In this document: positions 61,731 to 64,000 of the stretch, piece after piece
Layout of the letters: every line of letters starts with the position of its first letter
How positions within the stretch are numbered: position 1 is the first letter of the stretch
Source of the DNA: Terriglobia bacterium
GTDB lineage: Bacteria > Acidobacteriota > Terriglobia > 20CM-2-55-15
NCBI GenBank assembly: GCA_965218585.1
Contig: CBDCLE010000002.1
Coordinates: 32,001-96,000, forward strand
Length of the DNA: 64,000 nucleotides
Direction of reading: 5' to 3'
Translations under genes and position numbers: made by a program
The notes under the pieces: generated by a model
The model's input: only the letters and a program-made list of their open reading frames with translations
What the model was told of the DNA's origin: nothing
The model's database searches: none

Positions 61731-62747
61731 TCACTCCACATCGCACTCATATGGTCGAATTTCTGTGCCCGGCACCCAACTCCAGGCTGCATCCCATATC
61801 GCAGGTTCAACAAGATTCGGCGGGTCGGTGACTGAGACTTTGTAGTTAAGGCGACTTCCGTCTTCGCTGACGGTGAATCGCTCGACCATCTCCACCTGAT
61901 CGCTCATCGGCGTACCCCCATCGTCCAGGTACGGAAAATCGATTCGTGCTGTTTCGATCAGTAACGTATTCCCTTCAAAGCGCCCGACCGAATAGCCAAG
62001 TGGACTTGTGGGCGCATCGGCGGGAATTCCCCTTGAGGTCATGTCGATCATCCGAGTGGCCTCCCACTCCTCTATCTCCAGGCGAATCTGGTCTCCCTCG
62101 TCGATGAACTCAATGGGATATGGGTTGAGTATTGCATTCGGCATGCCCGGCGCAATGCAGCGAAGCGCCAGCATGTCGGTTGAAGGATCCCAGGTTGATC
62201 TTGCGGCCTCGGCGGGAGGTGTTAACACGAACGGCATTCTAGGCCGGTACAGCGCGCCAAAACTCCAGACCCGAAATATGCTTCGCCCCAGGTCAGTATC
62301 AGTCAGGTCAGTGGTACGAATCGCTCGTTCCTCAGTCCATCTCAATGGAAAATCAATATCTGTCAAAATCGTCTCTTCCCCGTTGGGCAGGAGGATGTTG
62401 ATCGCAAATAGCTCTCGACGTCCACGTCTGGAAGGCCATCCCGCGACCCTGACCCGATCACCCACTCGGATACCTTCTCGGGTCAACCCTCTTCGTGCCG
62501 CCGCGTTCACAGAGTCGCCTTCCAGTTCCCATACCTCTTGCTCACCGGTGTCGTTTTCAACCATAAGCCTCAGCCCGAGGTGAGGATTTCTCCAGCGTAT
62601 TGCCGAAATCACTCCCTCCAATTCCGAGAAGGTATTCTGGTCATAGGGGGTAATTGAATGATGGGCGATCGCTGCATCGGCCTCTAAAAGAATCAAACCA
62701 ACTACGACAAAGCTCAAGCACCGTCTAAAAACGTGCTCCTGCATCAT
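61731..62747 (-). CDS. Fusion of DUF6152-like domain and partner domain
   Basis: AIA|HHS..EGVI..WRNPH..GDRVRVAG, then CIAPGMP..PIEF..GYSVGRFEGNTLLIET..ERF..DP..YEC. Confidence 0.8.
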   Translation of the reverse strand: MMQEHVFRRCLSFVVVGLILLEADAAIAHHSITPYDQNTFSELEGVISAIRWRNPHLGLRLMVENDTGEQEVWELEGDSVNAAARRGLTREGIRVGDRVRVAGWPSRRGRRELFAINILLPNGEETILTDIDFPLRWTEERAIRTTDLTDTDLGRSIFRVWSFGALYRPRMPFVLTPPAEAARSTWDPSTDMLALRCIAPGMPNAILNPYPIEFIDEGDQIRLEIEEWEATRMIDMTSRGIPADAPTSPLGYSVGRFEGNTLLIETARIDFPYLDDGGTPMSDQVEMVERFTVSEDGSRLNYKVSVTDPPNLVEPAIWDAAWSWVPGTEIRPYECDVE

Positions 62748-62880
62748 GATCTCCTCCTACTAATGTCCTCAGCAATTTGCCCAATTCTTAACTTCCGGGA
62801 AGATGATTTAACGGGCGTTGAGAATGAATTTCAGGACGGCTGAGGCTAGAAATTGTCTGCCGACCCTCGCCCAGCACCCC

Positions 62881-63470
62881 TTACGCAGTCGCGTGAATCG
62901 TTTTGACGACGTCCAGATAGACGTGTTGCACGTCCTGTAGCTCGAAACCGGCCGCTTGCACGTTGTCGACCGTCGGGCGGTTCATGTCGGGTCCGATCAC
63001 GCGCGTGATCAGCGTCATCAGGTTCAGCATCAGCTTGAACGGGTAGTACCGGCTGCCGGTGTGCTCGAACATGTATAGATCGCCGCCCGGCTTCAACACC
63101 TTGCGCAGTGCTTCGAGCCCTTTGATGGGGATCGGCACCGAGCAGAATGTGCAAGACGTGAACACCTGGTCGAAGTGACCGTCTTCGAACGGCAGGTCGA
63201 GCACATCCATCTGCTCCACCGTTAGATCACCCTGGTACTGGCCGACACGCTCTGCGGCCTGGTCGAGCATCTTCTGGCTGATGTCGATGCCGAGGATCGT
63301 CTTGCCGCTCGGAAAGAACTGCACGTCGAGCCCCGTGCCGACGGCGAGAAACAAGATGTTGCCGCTGCCCATGTTGTCGAAGAGCGCTTCTTTGTACGGA
63401 CCCCATCGTTTCTCCGGGCCGTAGGAGGCCATCAGATCGAAGTTGGGCGCCGCGCGGTCCCACTTTTTTT
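62881..63470 (-). pseudogene. Class I SAM-dependent methyltransferase; start lost at the IS256 junction
   Basis: KKWDRAAPNFD, LAVGTG, GIDISQKML, FCSVP, LKPGG. Confidence 0.8.
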
Positions 63471-63473
63471 GCG

Positions 63474-63902
63474 TTACGAGGTCGTTTTCCGAATGTAGGG
63501 AGGTACCAGGGCCGACCGGAACGTTACCGGGTCGCCAGTCTTCGCTCGGACTTTCGGGATCTGGACCGTTACCGGCCCCAAACCGGTCTGCAGTTCACGT
63601 TCAGGCAGATAACCGTTGCGCACCACCCCGGCGTTGCCCGTCTCGGTTCTCCGATCGCCGTGGTGGGATAGCAGTTCCGCCAATTCGGTTTCCACCGCGC
63701 GTTGGATCAGTTGCTGAGCTCCAACTCGTAGTAGCTCTGTTATCGGATCCTCAATCGTCTCTCGACCCTCCGGTCCATTCACGTTACTCTTGCTCATAGT
63801 GGCGTATCTCCCTTGGTTGCTTTGAAGTCTGGTAAACAACAAATCAACCAGATACGCCGCTCTTCCTCAATCCCTTAAACACCAGATTCGGTTATAACTC
63901 TC
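63474..63902 (-). mobile_element. IS256-family fragment (one end plus transposase N-terminus, ATG 63797)
   Basis: End GAGAGTTATAACC; ELLRVGAQQLI..VRNGYLPER..GPVTVQIPKVR..SALVPPY, then an abrupt stop. Confidence 0.88.
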
Positions 63903-64000
63903 AGGTACATTGTCGCGAACAAAACCAGATAGATGAACGCTTCACGCGCTTCTGACCTTCGCGGTTTTGGAACCGGGATCCCGTACGGGCTCTCACCGTA

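Overview
Bacterial chromosomal segment of moderately high GC. An Acidobacteriota-like host is inferred, not shown, from the DUF6152-type paralogues, the CHAT, PQQ and SMP-30 proteins, and the repeat families. The backbone carries an ECF sigma/anti-sigma pair, sulfur amino-acid genes (a SAM-I riboswitch-controlled MetB-like lyase, cysteine synthase, CBS), gpmA, ilvE, HigBA, tRNA-Leu(CAA) and many secreted proteins. It also has a dense set of DNA-processing genes: a WYL regulator, YhaN/YhaO, an AddAB-like pair, a Dna2-like nuclease-helicase, a DEDD exonuclease and UDG. Ten IS-derived elements of eight families (IS1182, IS1380 x2, IS30, IS1 plus a mini-IS1, IS21, IS3, IS701, IS256 fragment) make up about 14.8 kb (~23%) by the boundaries read here, and many genes are truncated, frameshifted or carry nonsense codons; some of these lesions could be long-read errors. 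Most notable: (1) a 2.5 kb IS1-family element with perfect 20-bp IRs and an 8-bp TSD carrying a VapBC45-like toxin-antitoxin pair and a small basic protein, with a palindromic operator in the transposase promoter, plus a 155-bp deletion derivative of a related element; (2) split and fused copies of a secreted DUF6152 (N-terminal HHS) plus partner-domain system; (3) both AddAB-like genes broken next to an intact Dna2-like enzyme; (4) a decayed integrase plus RAMA-like island at tRNA-Leu. No CRISPR array or rRNA was seen.
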